Shown here: piece after piece, positions 1 to 9,062 of the stretch
Numbering within the stretch: position 1 is the stretch's first letter
Layout of the letters: each line of letters begins with the position of its first letter
Assembly (NCBI GenBank): GCA_964548045.1
Contig: CAZJQZ010000001.1
Location: 21,523-74,919 of the forward strand
DNA from: an uncultured Dehalococcoidia bacterium
GTDB lineage: Bacteria > Chloroflexota > Dehalococcoidia > SZUA-161 > SpSt-899
Length of the DNA stretch: 53,397 nt
Direction: 5' to 3'
The notes under the pieces: model-generated
The model's input: only the letters and a program-made list of their open reading frames with translations
What the model was told of the DNA's origin: nothing
Database searches by the model: none
Position numbers and translations under genes: made by a program

Positions 1-97
1 GGCAACATTTAAGCTTTCAAAGCACCTGCTGTCTCCGGCACGACCTGTGAATTATTTTCTACGTTTCGGCTACGCTTGCCTCCGAACAAAAACTCGT

Positions 98-799
98 CTA
101 GCCCGCTATCGAGCGAATGTCTAATCTGATTCCCGGCCCCATGGAAGTCGTCAGCGAAGCACTGCGAATATACTGTCCCTTGGCACCACCGGGCTTTGCA
201 CCAATAATTGCCTCGACTACCGAGGTCAAATTTTCAACAAGCATGTCATCCGAAAAACTGATTTTGCCGATGGGGAGATGGATAAGCGCTGTTCTATCTA
301 GTTTGAACTCAATTCTGCCCGCTCGCACTTCATCTATAACCCTTGGCAAATCCTCGGGATTGGCGATAGTCCCCGATTTCGGATTGGGCATAAGCCCTCG
401 CCGCCCCAGAATCTTGCCCAGTTTCCCGATTTTGGACATCATGTCCGGCGTAGCAACAGCCACATCGAATTCCAGCCACCCACCTTCGATCTGCTTGACA
501 ATGTCATCAGCGCCAACATAATCAGCGCCAGCTTCTCTGGCTATCCGTTCGCCTTCGCCCTGAGCAAAAACGAGAACGCGCACTTGCTTGCCCAGCCCAT
601 GAGGCAACGGGGCCACCCCACGCACCTGTTGATCCGCATGACGGGGATCAACCCCCATCCGAAAGTGCAGTTCCACAGATTCATCGAATTTAGCAAAAGA
701 GGCTTTTCTGGCCAGTTCCACTGCTTCATGTGGTGAATAGAGTTTTTCCCGATCCACCAATGCGACTGCTTCCTGATATTTCTTACCGTGTTTTGCCAT
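98..799 (-). CDS. rplA: 50S ribosomal protein L1 (uL1)
   Basis: Translation is clearly uL1 ([36 protein letters not shown]). Start trimmed from the track ORF (859) to ATG 797-799 ([11 protein letters not shown]), 16 nt after the rplK stop. Confidence 0.93.
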   Translation of the reverse strand: MAKHGKKYQEAVALVDREKLYSPHEAVELARKASFAKFDESVELHFRMGVDPRHADQQVRGVAPLPHGLGKQVRVLVFAQGEGERIAREAGADYVGADDIVKQIEGGWLEFDVAVATPDMMSKIGKLGKILGRRGLMPNPKSGTIANPEDLPRVIDEVRAGRIEFKLDRTALIHLPIGKISFSDDMLVENLTSVVEAIIGAKPGGAKGQYIRSASLTTSMGPGIRLDIRSIAG

Positions 800-815
800 T
801 GTTTTCCTATCCTGT

Positions 816-1247
816 CTACTCGACAACCTCAATTCCCATACTTCTGGCAGTACCCTCAACCGTCCGCATTGCGCCTTCCATATCTATTGCATTGAGATCC
901 TTCATTTTTTTCTTAGCAACTTCTTCGACCTTGTCCCGTGATAGCTTTGAGGCGATGGCTGTCTTTACGTCACCGCTTCCTTTCTCAATGCCAGCAGCTT
1001 TCTTCAACAGTTCAGATACCGGCGGTGTTTTAGTGATAAAAGAAAAGGAACGGTCCTCATAAATGGTAATCTCAGCCGGAATAATCGTTCCAGCCTGAGA
1101 AGCAGTTCGATCATTATACTCCTTGCAAAATCCCATGATATTTACACCGTGCTGTCCCAGTGATGGACCCACCGGGGGCGCAGGCGTTGCATTGCCAGCA
1201 GGGAGTTGAATTATCAGAACCGCCTTGACTTTCTTTTTCTTCGCCAT
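816..1247 (-). CDS. rplK: 50S ribosomal protein L11 (uL11)
   Basis: uL11 signature [30 protein letters not shown]. Start trimmed to ATG 1245-1247 ([10 protein letters not shown]), 4 nt after the nusG stop. Confidence 0.93.
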   Translation of the reverse strand: MAKKKKVKAVLIIQLPAGNATPAPPVGPSLGQHGVNIMGFCKEYNDRTASQAGTIIPAEITIYEDRSFSFITKTPPVSELLKKAAGIEKGSGDVKTAIASKLSRDKVEEVAKKKMKDLNAIDMEGAMRTVEGTARSMGIEVVE

Positions 1248-1251
1248 AATC

Positions 1252-1785
1252 TTAAATTCCTTCAACTTGGGAGAGATCGAGATCGATGGGAGTCTCTCTT
1301 CCGAAGAAAGAAACCATTAACCTCACTTTGCCCTTTTCTAAATTAATCTCATCCACTGTCCCGATAAATTCAGCAAATGGGCCGTCTATAATCCGAATAT
1401 TCTCGCCCTCGGAAAAACCCAGTTTGATCTTGGGAACAGTGGACTTCATCCGGCTCAACATATGCTCGGCCTCTTCCTTTTCCAGAGGAACAGGTCGAGT
1501 CCCGGATGCTACAAATCCGGTTACTCCCGGAGTATTGCGCACCACATACCAGCTTTGCTCGTCCAGATCCATCTGAATCAGAATGTAGCCGGGAAGTATC
1601 TTCCTCGATACCGTCTTTCGCTCCCCGCCTTTAATCTCAATCTCATCCTCGGTAGGTACTACAACCTGAAATATCTTCTCTTTCATGTCCATGGAATCAA
1701 TACGCATGTCCAGATTATCCTTCGTACGTTCTTCATATCCTGAATAGGTATGGAGAACGTACCACTGCTTCGCATTTTCTTCCAT
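1252..1785 (-). CDS. nusG: transcription termination/antitermination factor NusG
   Basis: NGN domain ([11 protein letters not shown]) plus KOW ([15 protein letters not shown]). Canonical secE-nusG-rplK-rplA order. Confidence 0.93.
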   Translation of the reverse strand: MEENAKQWYVLHTYSGYEERTKDNLDMRIDSMDMKEKIFQVVVPTEDEIEIKGGERKTVSRKILPGYILIQMDLDEQSWYVVRNTPGVTGFVASGTRPVPLEKEEAEHMLSRMKSTVPKIKLGFSEGENIRIIDGPFAEFIGTVDEINLEKGKVRLMVSFFGRETPIDLDLSQVEGI

Positions 1786-1791
1786 GTTATC

Positions 1792-2004
1792 TTAATCGAG
1801 AAGAATGATATCCACCAGTTCGGCAAATACAGTATCGATTCCCCAGAGAATAAGCGACATTATCACTGTCACAACCAGAACAATACCACTCAACCGAGTA
1901 GCCTCCTGCCTCGATGGCCATGCAACCTTTTTGAGCTCACCAACAACACCTTTAACAAGGCCAACACCGGGTATACGCCTTTTCCCTTCAACCTGCGCCT
2001 TCAA
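1792..2004 (-). CDS. secE: preprotein translocase subunit SecE
   Basis: 70-aa single-TM protein with a SecE-like core (ELKKVAWPSRQEATRLSGIVLVVTVIMSLILW). TTG start. Canonical position between rpmG and nusG. Confidence 0.82.
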   Translation of the reverse strand: MKAQVEGKRRIPGVGLVKGVVGELKKVAWPSRQEATRLSGIVLVVTVIMSLILWGIDTVFAELVDIILLD

Positions 2005-2016
2005 TACCCAATCCCC

Positions 2017-2184
2017 CTATTTAACCTCGCGGTGTAGAACGTGGGCACGGCAACGGGGACAATACTTGGCAAGTTCAATCCTGCCAGGGTCGTTCCTTTT
2101 GTTCTTGGTTGTAGTATAAGTTCTCTCCTTGCACTGCGTGCAAGCAAGATGAATTACAATACGAGCCTCACCTTTCTTAGCCAT
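2017..2184 (-). CDS. rpmG: 50S ribosomal protein L33 (bL33)
   Basis: Absent from the ORF track because it is under 60 aa. Minus-strand ATG 2182-2184 to TAG 2017-2019 gives [55 protein letters not shown] (CxxC...CxxC). Canonical tuf-rpmG-secE position. Confidence 0.85.
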   Translation of the reverse strand: MAKKGEARIVIHLACTQCKERTYTTTKNKRNDPGRIELAKYCPRCRAHVLHREVK

Positions 2185-2212
2185 TTAACCTTTCCAAATA
2201 TCAAAAATCCTT

Positions 2213-3418
2213 TTATTCACTGACTTTGGTAATCACACCAGATCCAACCGTTCTGCCGCCTTCCCTAATTGCAAAGCGCACGCCTTCTTCCAACGCTACC
2301 GGGGTTATCAGTTTGACATTCATTTGAACATTGTCACCGGGAAGCGCCATCTCAACACCACTGGGAAGATGGAGTTCACCGGTAATATCCATCGTCCGGA
2401 TATAAAATTGAGGTTTATATCCGGTGAAGAACGGGGTATGCCGCCCGCCTTCTTCTTTCGTTAAGACATACACCTCAGATACAAACTCGGTATGAGGTTT
2501 GATTGAACCGGGTTTTGCCAGCACCATACCTCTCTCGACATCATCCCGCTCAATTCCACGGAGCAGAAGCCCCACGGCATCACCCGGTAAACCTTCCTCC
2601 AGGTTTTTATGAAACATCTCAACACCGGTGCATACCGTTTTGCGGGTATCTCCCAACCCTACTATTTCTACGTCCTCACCTACCTTAACTTTACCTCTCT
2701 CTATTCTTCCGGTAACAACAGTCCCCCGGCCCTTGATGCTAAAAACATCCTCAACCGGCATAAGGAAAGGTTTATCGATGGGACGCTCAGGCATGGGAAT
2801 ATAGCTATCAACCTGATCCATCAACTCCAGAACAGGACCACACCACTGGCATTCCCGTTTGCCACAACCACATTCAAGAGCCTTGAGCGCGCTCAAGCGA
2901 ACGATGGGGGTCTCTTCACCAGGGAAGTTATAATATGGCAATATATCTTCCCTGAGTTCCATCTCGGTTACTTCAAGCAACTCTTCGTCATCTACCATGT
3001 CAATTTTGTTCAGAGCGACTATAATCGATGGGACTTCCACCTGACGAGCCAAGAGGAGGTGCTCACGCGTCTGAGGCATTGCGCCATCTTCCGCCGCAAT
3101 CACCAGTATGGCTCCATCCATCTGGGCAGCACCGGTAATCATGTTCTTGATATAGTCCGCATGTCCGGGACAATCCACATGAGCATAATGGCGTTTTTCA
3201 GTTTCATACTCAATATGCGCAATTGCAATGGTCAAGCCCCTGGCTTTTTCCTCCGGAGCATTATCGATGCTGTCATAGGCTCGGAACTTAATGTTTGGAT
3301 TATTGGCAGCCAAACATCTGGTTATTGCCGCCGTGAGTGTTGTTTTGCCGTGATCAACATGCCCGATAGTGCCCACATTGAGATGCGGTTTGCTGCGATC
3401 GAAAGTTTCTTTAGCCAT
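2213..3418 (-). CDS. tuf: elongation factor Tu
   Basis: 401 aa, full length, with [14 protein letters not shown] and NKID motifs. AAGGAGGAAAT precedes the ATG. Confidence 0.97.
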   Translation of the reverse strand: MAKETFDRSKPHLNVGTIGHVDHGKTTLTAAITRCLAANNPNIKFRAYDSIDNAPEEKARGLTIAIAHIEYETEKRHYAHVDCPGHADYIKNMITGAAQMDGAILVIAAEDGAMPQTREHLLLARQVEVPSIIVALNKIDMVDDEELLEVTEMELREDILPYYNFPGEETPIVRLSALKALECGCGKRECQWCGPVLELMDQVDSYIPMPERPIDKPFLMPVEDVFSIKGRGTVVTGRIERGKVKVGEDVEIVGLGDTRKTVCTGVEMFHKNLEEGLPGDAVGLLLRGIERDDVERGMVLAKPGSIKPHTEFVSEVYVLTKEEGGRHTPFFTGYKPQFYIRTMDITGELHLPSGVEMALPGDNVQMNVKLITPVALEEGVRFAIREGGRTVGSGVITKVSE

Positions 3419-3449
3419 ATTTCCTCCTTAAAATCCTTTCTCATACTAA

Positions 3450-3524
3450 TGGAGCCCACAGCCAGGATTGAACTGGCGACCCCGTTCTTACCAAGAACGT
3501 GCTCTACCACTGAGCTATGTGGGC
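3450..3524 (-). tRNA. tRNA-Thr (anticodon GGU), CCA encoded
   Basis: Reverse complement GCCCACATAGCTCAGTGGTAGAGCACGTTCTTGGTAAGAACGGGGTCGCCAGTTCAATCCTGGCTGTGGGCTCCA folds by hand as a cloverleaf: 7-bp acceptor GCCCACA/TGTGGGC, anticodon loop CTTGGTAAG, T-arm GCCAG/CTGGC. Confidence 0.9.
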
Positions 3525-3527
3525 GAG

Positions 3528-3613
3528 TGGTGGAGGGGGCAGGATTCGAACCTGCGTAGCCGTCTGGCGGCAGATTTACAGTCTGCTGGTATTAACCGCT
3601 CACCCACCCCTCC
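3528..3613 (-). tRNA. tRNA-Tyr (anticodon GUA), long variable arm, CCA encoded
   Basis: Reverse complement GGAGGGGTGGGTGAGCGGTTAATACCAGCAGACTGTAAATCTGCCGCCAGACGGCTACGCAGGTTCGAATCCTGCCCCCTCCACCA. Acceptor GGAGGGG/CCCCTCC. The anticodon arm AGCAGACTGTAAATCTGC matches the layout of bacterial tRNA-Tyr. Confidence 0.9.
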
Positions 3614-3619
3614 AGGGAG

Positions 3620-3692
3620 AGCCCGAGAGGGGACTCGAACCCACTAACCTGCCGATTACAAGTCGGCTGCGCTGCCATTGCGCCACTCGGGC
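3620..3692 (-). tRNA. tRNA-Thr (anticodon UGU), no encoded CCA
   Basis: Reverse complement GCCCGAGTGGCGCAATGGCAGCGCAGCCGACTTGTAATCGGCAGGTTAGTGGGTTCGAGTCCCCTCTCGGGCT. Perfect 7-bp acceptor GCCCGAG/CTCGGGC, D-arm GCGC/GCGC, anticodon stem GCCGA/TCGGC. There is one mismatch in the T-stem. Confidence 0.8.
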
Positions 3693-3716
3693 GCCACATT
3701 TACTCCACGAGGAAGT

Positions 3717-3745
3717 AGTATAAACTGAGTGCACCGGAAAGTCAA
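3717..3745 (-). promoter_or_regulatory. putative sigma70-type promoter of the tRNA-tuf transcription unit
   Basis: Minus strand reads TTGACT (3745-3740), a 17-nt spacer, then TATACT (3722-3717). It lies about 25 nt upstream of the tRNA-Thr(UGU) 5' end. Confidence 0.5.
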
Positions 3746-3771
3746 GAAACTCAACAATACCTCACACTCCC

Positions 3772-3810
3772 AACAAAAATATTTCCCCGGGCCTTACAAC
3801 CAGGGGAAAT
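3772..3810 (-). terminator. putative intrinsic terminator after the AMMECR1-like gene
   Basis: Minus-strand RNA AUUUCCCC-(14-nt loop)-GGGGAAAU followed by AUUUUUGUU. Located 130 nt after the stop at 3940. Confidence 0.5.
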
Positions 3811-3939
3811 TACCTGAACGTACCGACGTCTTACTGTTCTCGGCCGAGGGGGAAACCAAATCGCCCCTCATTGTTTAATAGTAGCAAAATCACAGCAGAT
3901 GCGCAACATCAAAATGGGGACCAAATCCAACAAATTACC

Positions 3940-4473
3940 CTATTCGAATCGACGTACCTCAAACTTAAACAGTTGGGCAGGTTCATCAAGCGAAATGCCT
4001 GCTTTACTGCGAGCGATCTCTATTTGTTGAGCTACGCTGTCAACACCGGGAAGATCGGGGAGAAGAATCCCTTTTTTGGGCCCGTATACAACCAGCACTC
4101 CGTATTTTCGGGGATCCAGTTCAGATTCATCCCGAACCGGTTTTGGTGTGGTCAAAATATCAACTTTATAAGTCAACTCCGGAAGCTCATCCTCAGATAC
4201 CGGGCCTGGATCAGGAAAAAAACGATAGTCGCGGGAAGCCGAGGCTACAGCATTGCGGATAATTTCCTGAGCCACATTTGGTTGAGTAGGTTCAAAAGTG
4301 CCGATACAGCCCCGAAGCTCTCCATGCTTATGAATAGAAACAAATACTCCTGACCGTTCCTTCATCTCCGGCGTCAGGTTCACAGGCCGTGGAGTTTCCT
4401 TATCCCGAACAAACATTTCCACCGTTTCTTTGGCCAGTTTTACAATCGGATGCAAATTGCTCTCTTCCATCAT
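3940..4473 (-). CDS. AMMECR1-domain protein (AmmeMemoRadiSam system protein A)
   Basis: AMMECR1 hallmark GELRGCIGTFEP. Start trimmed to ATG 4471-4473 (MMEESNLHP), which overlaps the upstream stop as ATGA. Confidence 0.85.
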   Translation of the reverse strand: MMEESNLHPIVKLAKETVEMFVRDKETPRPVNLTPEMKERSGVFVSIHKHGELRGCIGTFEPTQPNVAQEIIRNAVASASRDYRFFPDPGPVSEDELPELTYKVDILTTPKPVRDESELDPRKYGVLVVYGPKKGILLPDLPGVDSVAQQIEIARSKAGISLDEPAQLFKFEVRRFE

Positions 4474-5273
4474 TTTATAATTACCCCCGCATAACCAACC
4501 ACGCTGCGGTAATCGCCCGTAACATCCCCGCTGGTTTGATATCGAACCAGTTCCGCCTCCTTTGCACCAAGTTTTTTGGCCGCAGAGATCAGGCAAACCA
4601 CCGGCCCATATCCACACATCGTTATATTATACTCTTTGATTCGCTTTAACAGTTCGTATTCATCCAAATCAAGAATTGCCTCGATAGCCTTCATATCCTT
4701 TGTTTTGGCAGTATCGTGCGGCTCATAATGGGTCATGTCACTACTGGCCACAATCACTACTCCCCGATTTAAATTCTTAATAGCTTCAGCAACACTCCTG
4801 CCTATCTCTTTATAAATCTCACCACCGGCATTAGCAAGCACAACAGGCACAATCCTAAAATCATCACCTAAATACTGTAAAAAAGGCAATTGAACCTCAA
4901 CGGAATGTTCGTATCCGTGCGCTCCCGGGTCCTCTTCAAGATATTCGGATGCAAGCAAAATTCGCTTCCCTAATTCGGAATCGATCTCCACTTCTCCCAG
5001 AGGTGTCTCCCAGGCACCATCGGTCATGATGCTGAAAGGAGCCCCCATTCCCGTATGATTAGGCCCCAGAATCACAAAAGTGGCCGCGAATTCTATCTTC
5101 GAAAACGTCGCCCCGGCCACCGGCCCCGAAAAGGGATACCCGGCATGAGGAGAGATCAGGCCAATCACCTTCTCTCCGGAAATATCCGGGTCAACCATTC
5201 TCTCGATATCAGCCCGAAGCGCGCTGGCTGTCCCCGGATAAAAACGTCCTGCTACCGCCGGCTTTCTGACCAT
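4470..5273 (-). CDS. MEMO1-family protein (AmmeMemoRadiSam system protein B)
   Basis: MEMO motifs RKPAVAGRFYPG, LISPHAGYPFSG and SSDMTHYEP. Start trimmed to ATG 5271-5273 behind GAGGAGG. Confidence 0.85.
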   Translation of the reverse strand: MVRKPAVAGRFYPGTASALRADIERMVDPDISGEKVIGLISPHAGYPFSGPVAGATFSKIEFAATFVILGPNHTGMGAPFSIMTDGAWETPLGEVEIDSELGKRILLASEYLEEDPGAHGYEHSVEVQLPFLQYLGDDFRIVPVVLANAGGEIYKEIGRSVAEAIKNLNRGVVIVASSDMTHYEPHDTAKTKDMKAIEAILDLDEYELLKRIKEYNITMCGYGPVVCLISAAKKLGAKEAELVRYQTSGDVTGDYRSVVGYAGVIIK

Positions 5274-5286
5274 CACAACCTCCTCT

Positions 5287-6297
5287 CTACCGTCTGAAAT
5301 TGAGTTCCGCTCCACAGAATCCGCATTTGGAACCATCGAGAGCAACCATTTTCGTGCGATAGCCCATCCGCTCTACCACCACTTTGCCACAGGAATAACA
5401 AACTGTGTTTTCGCCCGAATGTCCCGGCACATTGCCTACGTAGATGAAACGCAACCCCTCCTCCGCACCAATCTCACCGGCAAGTTGCAGAGTTTCCACC
5501 GGAGTGGACGGCACATCCATCATCTTGTACATGGGATGAAAGCGGCTGACATGCCAGGGCGTATCCACCCCCAATTCACCGGCAACGAACCGGGCAGCAT
5601 CCCTCAACTCACCGGGATCATCGTTGATGCCTGGAATAACCAGAGTGGTCACTTCCAGAAAAATACCCAGTTGCTTTATCTGCTTCAGATTATCCAGAAC
5701 CGGCTGCAACCTGGCGCCGACGTATTTTTTGTATGTTTCATCACGAAACGCCTTAAGATCAACATTGATCGCATCCAGATAGGGATAGAAGGCTTGCAAC
5801 ATCGCCGGACTCATATAGCCATTACTGACGTAGACATTGGCCAGGCCCGCTTCATGAGCCAGCCGGGCAGTCTCATAAGTGTATTCAAAGAAAACAGTAG
5901 GTTCGGTATAGGTATAAGCAATACTCCGGCAACCGGTTTGCTTAGCATCAGCAACGATATCTTCCGGACTGGCTTCTTTCCCCATGATCATATCCTGCTC
6001 ACGGGGCATCTGGGAAATATCAAAGTTCTGGCACCAGTCACAGCGGAAGTTACATCCGGGAGTAGCAACGGAATAGGAAGCAGTACCGGGATAAAAATGG
6101 AACAGGGGTTTCTTCTCGATGGGGTCTACATTCCGGGCGATGGTGCGTCCGTAAACGAGCGTGTAGAGCGTCCCGCCACGATTTTCGCGAACATGGCAAA
6201 TTCCCTTTTTCCCATCAGAAATGGCGCAATGGTGCGAACATAACTCACAGCGCACTACGCCATCGGGCAACCTCTCGTAGAGCATAGCTTCGCGCAT
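5287..6297 (-). CDS. AmmeMemoRadiSam system radical SAM enzyme
   Basis: CX3CX2C cluster motif CNFRCDWC and an N-terminal Cys-rich CELCSHHC...GICHVR. I prefer ATG 6295-6297 (MREAMLYERLPDG, GGGAGA about 9 nt upstream). The track start at 6339 has no SD and remains possible. Confidence 0.85.
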   Translation of the reverse strand: MREAMLYERLPDGVVRCELCSHHCAISDGKKGICHVRENRGGTLYTLVYGRTIARNVDPIEKKPLFHFYPGTASYSVATPGCNFRCDWCQNFDISQMPREQDMIMGKEASPEDIVADAKQTGCRSIAYTYTEPTVFFEYTYETARLAHEAGLANVYVSNGYMSPAMLQAFYPYLDAINVDLKAFRDETYKKYVGARLQPVLDNLKQIKQLGIFLEVTTLVIPGINDDPGELRDAARFVAGELGVDTPWHVSRFHPMYKMMDVPSTPVETLQLAGEIGAEEGLRFIYVGNVPGHSGENTVCYSCGKVVVERMGYRTKMVALDGSKCGFCGAELNFRR

Positions 6298-6363
6298 GTG
6301 AGCTTTCTCCCACCGGGCAGATTCAGGGGCGGCACTCATCCAAAGTTATATCAGCAAATCCGG

Positions 6364-7506
6364 TTATGTCTTGCCCTGAGCCATTTGCAATTGTTTCCCC
6401 TCGGTCTTGATGGACGGGGCAACAATCATCTCGATCTGACGATATTCCTGAAGGTCGTGGGCACCGCAGACCCCCATGCTGGTTCGTAGAGCGCCAACCA
6501 GATTCTGTGTGCCATTGGTGACCCTGGCAGGACCTAACAGAGTCTGCTCCAAAGAGCAAGTCTGTTGCACCTTCACCCGAACACCCCTGGGCAACCCCGC
6601 ATGGGGAGTTGCCATCCCCCAGTGGCTTCCTCTTCCGGGAGCCTCGTTGGTCTGCACCATGATCGATCCCAGCATTACAGCATCAGCGCCACAGGCAAAT
6701 GATTTACAGACATCTCCGCCAGCACGAATGCCTCCGTCGGTAATTATGGGAACATAATTGCCGGTATCACGGAAATAATCGTCTCTGGCAGCGGCACAGT
6801 CCATCGTTGCTGTTGCCTGAGGGACTCCCACACCCAGGACCTCCCTTGAAGTACAGGCTGCCCCCGGGCCTATTCCGATCAGTAATGCACTTATGCCGGT
6901 CTCCATCAATGCGCGGGCCGCACTGTATGTAACACAGTTACCAACTATGATAGGAACCGAAACCCACTCACGAAGCTCGGAGAAAACGAGTCCTCGTTCA
7001 CTTTTGGAAATATGCCTGGCGCTGGTAACGGTTGCCTGAACTACCAGAACATCCATTCCTGCTTCTTCAGCAATCGGATACAAACTTTTGGTGAGCGCAG
7101 GAGTCAAAGATACAGCAGCAACTCCTCCGCCATCCTTGATCGCCCTGATTCGATCTCCCACCAAATTTTCCTTGATCGGTTCAGAATAGAGTTTTTGCAT
7201 CAAAGGAGTAACTTCATCATCGGAAGCAGCAGCTATTGCGGCCAAATGCTCATCTGCGTTCTCATAGCGGGTCTGTAAACCTTCGAGATTAAGGATTGCA
7301 AGTCCGCCTAATTTACTCATCTTGATGGCGAAATTGACATCCACCACAGCATCCATAGCGGATGCCAGAATGGGGATATCAAAATGCAGATCACCCAGAG
7401 TAAACCCGATATCAGTCTGATCGGGATTTACAGTAACATTCCCAGGAACAAGGGCTACATCCTCGAATCCGTAGGCATGGCGCAATGTTCGACGTTCCTG
7501 GCTCAA
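6364..7506 (-). CDS. GuaB3-type IMP dehydrogenase-family protein (no CBS pair)
   Basis: IMPDH/GMPR barrel with the active-site-like loop GIGPGAACTSRE and GGIRAGGDVCKSFACGADAVMLGS. 380 aa, TTG start after AGAGG. Confidence 0.8.
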   Translation of the reverse strand: MSQERRTLRHAYGFEDVALVPGNVTVNPDQTDIGFTLGDLHFDIPILASAMDAVVDVNFAIKMSKLGGLAILNLEGLQTRYENADEHLAAIAAASDDEVTPLMQKLYSEPIKENLVGDRIRAIKDGGGVAAVSLTPALTKSLYPIAEEAGMDVLVVQATVTSARHISKSERGLVFSELREWVSVPIIVGNCVTYSAARALMETGISALLIGIGPGAACTSREVLGVGVPQATATMDCAAARDDYFRDTGNYVPIITDGGIRAGGDVCKSFACGADAVMLGSIMVQTNEAPGRGSHWGMATPHAGLPRGVRVKVQQTCSLEQTLLGPARVTNGTQNLVGALRTSMGVCGAHDLQEYRQIEMIVAPSIKTEGKQLQMAQGKT

Positions 7507-7556
7507 AATACACCTCTTTCTCTTTTATTATCTATGATTATAGGGGACTATAACAA

Positions 7557-7585
7557 AGCCTGCAATCCAAGTCAATCCGCTATTC
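7557..7585 (-). promoter_or_regulatory. putative sigma70-type promoter of the GuaB3/AmmeMemoRadiSam unit
   Basis: Minus strand TTGACT (7585-7580), 17 nt, TATAGT (7562-7557). The -35 overlaps the stop of the upstream UPF0280 gene. Confidence 0.5.
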
Positions 7586-8305
7586 AACCGGAGTAAGCCT
7601 GACATCACCCCACACGCCCATTTTATCGCCTTTGATAATCACCACTCCTTTCACATGGTCGACCCGTCGAACGAACTCAATCCCCTTTTCGATATCCTCA
7701 ACTCTATCCACCAGATTGCCGACAGCAGTTGCCACAGTATCCGCGAGAGCAGCCGAAGAAGCAATCACGATAACGGCATCAGCTTTGCCCAAACTGAGAG
7801 AATGCCCCACTGTACCTGATGAAGTGCAAATTCCCAGCGGTGTTTCTTTCGGTTCTATCTCAAGCGCAATTTTACCAGTAAGCGGAGAAACCCCGGCATA
7901 GATGCCAACCAGCCGTTTTTTGCCGGTTTTCAGGAATATGTCCCCACCATTTTCAACGATCACTTCCGTTGAAAAAACGAGGAGTTCTTTGCCGACTGCT
8001 TCTGCGATGGCACCAGCCACCGCTGCCATCGGGCCAAGTGAAACCGCTTCAGCAGCCCGGGACATCTCCTTCACAATCAAAGGGGCATCATTTTGAACAG
8101 GGAACGGTTGCAGGGTGGTGCGGAACGCCGGATACCGCTCAATATATCTTTCAATGGCATCCCGGTACTTCTCGACCGCTTTGAGCGCCTTCCGACTCAG
8201 ATTTCTGCGGGCACGGATGCGCAGATCGGTTTCCCTGACAGCCACATCAAAGGAAACAAGGTCAGTATCCTTGACCCAGTGACGATAAGTTCTCGGCTGA
8301 TACAT
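7580..8305 (-). CDS. UPF0280 / COG2122 ApbE-like protein
   Basis: Family-typical N-terminus MYQPRTYRHW...FDVAVRETDLRI and the C-terminal GICTSSGTVGHSLSLGKADAV. Start chosen at ATG 8303-8305; the track TTG at 8371 has no SD. Confidence 0.72.
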   Translation of the reverse strand: MYQPRTYRHWVKDTDLVSFDVAVRETDLRIRARRNLSRKALKAVEKYRDAIERYIERYPAFRTTLQPFPVQNDAPLIVKEMSRAAEAVSLGPMAAVAGAIAEAVGKELLVFSTEVIVENGGDIFLKTGKKRLVGIYAGVSPLTGKIALEIEPKETPLGICTSSGTVGHSLSLGKADAVIVIASSAALADTVATAVGNLVDRVEDIEKGIEFVRRVDHVKGVVIIKGDKMGVWGDVRLTPVE

Positions 8306-8381
8306 GGCGGATTTACCCCGCTGTAAGACAGAAGACGGCAGAGGATTCAGTTGACAGGTGAATATCGGCAAGGCCTACAAT

Positions 8382-8792
8382 CTAAAACCGTATCTCCATC
8401 GCCCGTGGCGGACAGGCAGGCACACAGATACCGCAGGCCAGGCATTTGTCCTCATTGAAATCCACCCGCCTGGTTTCAGGATCAATCGTGAGCGCACCCG
8501 CAGGACAAATCGTCACACACGCCCCACAATGTGTACACCTTGCTTCATTGCGGGTCACATCCTGACTTAATGGCTGGATTTGCACACCCGTTTCCGTCAG
8601 ATATGCTGTGCCTTTGCTATAGTCTTTGGCCTTACCGCTCAACTCCACCACCAACAGCCCTTCCTCTTTCGGCGTGACGGATGCCTTCAGGATGTTGAAA
8701 TCGATATTGAACTCCCTGGCCAGCCGACACAAAATCGGCTGGTCCACCAGAGAGCGGGGAAAATGCAAAACTATTCTCTTGGTTACCGGCAC
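8382..8792 (-). CDS. NIL-domain / 2x[4Fe-4S] ferredoxin protein
   Basis: N-terminal NIL-like domain (IVLHFPRSLVDQPILCRLAREFNIDFNILKA) followed by CTHCGACVTICP and CLACGICVPACP. Confidence 0.8.
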   Translation of the reverse strand: MPVTKRIVLHFPRSLVDQPILCRLAREFNIDFNILKASVTPKEEGLLVVELSGKAKDYSKGTAYLTETGVQIQPLSQDVTRNEARCTHCGACVTICPAGALTIDPETRRVDFNEDKCLACGICVPACPPRAMEIRF

Positions 8793-8840
8793 ACTAATAC
8801 CTCTTTAACTCTGATTCCTCAAAAACAATCCGAAGTTGAA

Positions 8841-9059
8841 CTATACAGAGACTACTTCCTTGACTTCAGGTATACTCTCCTTCAGCACCCTCTCGATCCC
8901 CATCTTCAGTGTCATTGTGGACATTGGGCAGCCGTCGCAAGCGCCGGTGAGTTTCAAGCTGACCACACCATCGACAACACTGATCAAATCAACTCCTCCG
9001 CCATCCGCCTGCAGAGCAGGTCTTATTTCGTTCAACACTTTCTCAACTTGCTCTTTCAT
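8841..9059 (-). CDS. NifU/Nfu C-terminal-domain Fe-S scaffold protein
   Basis: 72 aa with VEKVLNEIRPALQADGGGV...LTGACDGCPMSTMTLKMGIE. Starts 3 nt after the COG1900 stop. Confidence 0.8.
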   Translation of the reverse strand: MKEQVEKVLNEIRPALQADGGGVDLISVVDGVVSLKLTGACDGCPMSTMTLKMGIERVLKESIPEVKEVVSV

Positions 9060-9062
9060 GGT

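Noticed and set aside
1-97. Possible rplJ (L10) leader downstream of rplA
   Set aside because: The position fits, since rplJ would lie beyond the left edge. But the element is truncated by the window and I cannot verify the L10-leader fold by eye.
2609-3559. 316-aa plus-strand ORF spanning tuf and two tRNAs
   Set aside because: It is antisense to an unmistakable EF-Tu gene and runs through tRNA genes. Low-complexity translation with no motifs. A shadow ORF.
3450-3692. tRNA cluster as an integration hotspot for a genomic island
   Set aside because: There is no integrase, no direct repeat of a tRNA 3' end and no compositional shift next to the tRNAs. The flanks are core operons.
5419-6243. 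274-aa plus-strand ORF
   Set aside because: It is entirely antisense to the radical SAM gene, has no recognisable motifs and no SD. A shadow ORF. The same reasoning applies to 19741..20607, 16040..16555, 13734..14258, 17477..18037, 40068..40643, 42657..43220 and 26241..26837.
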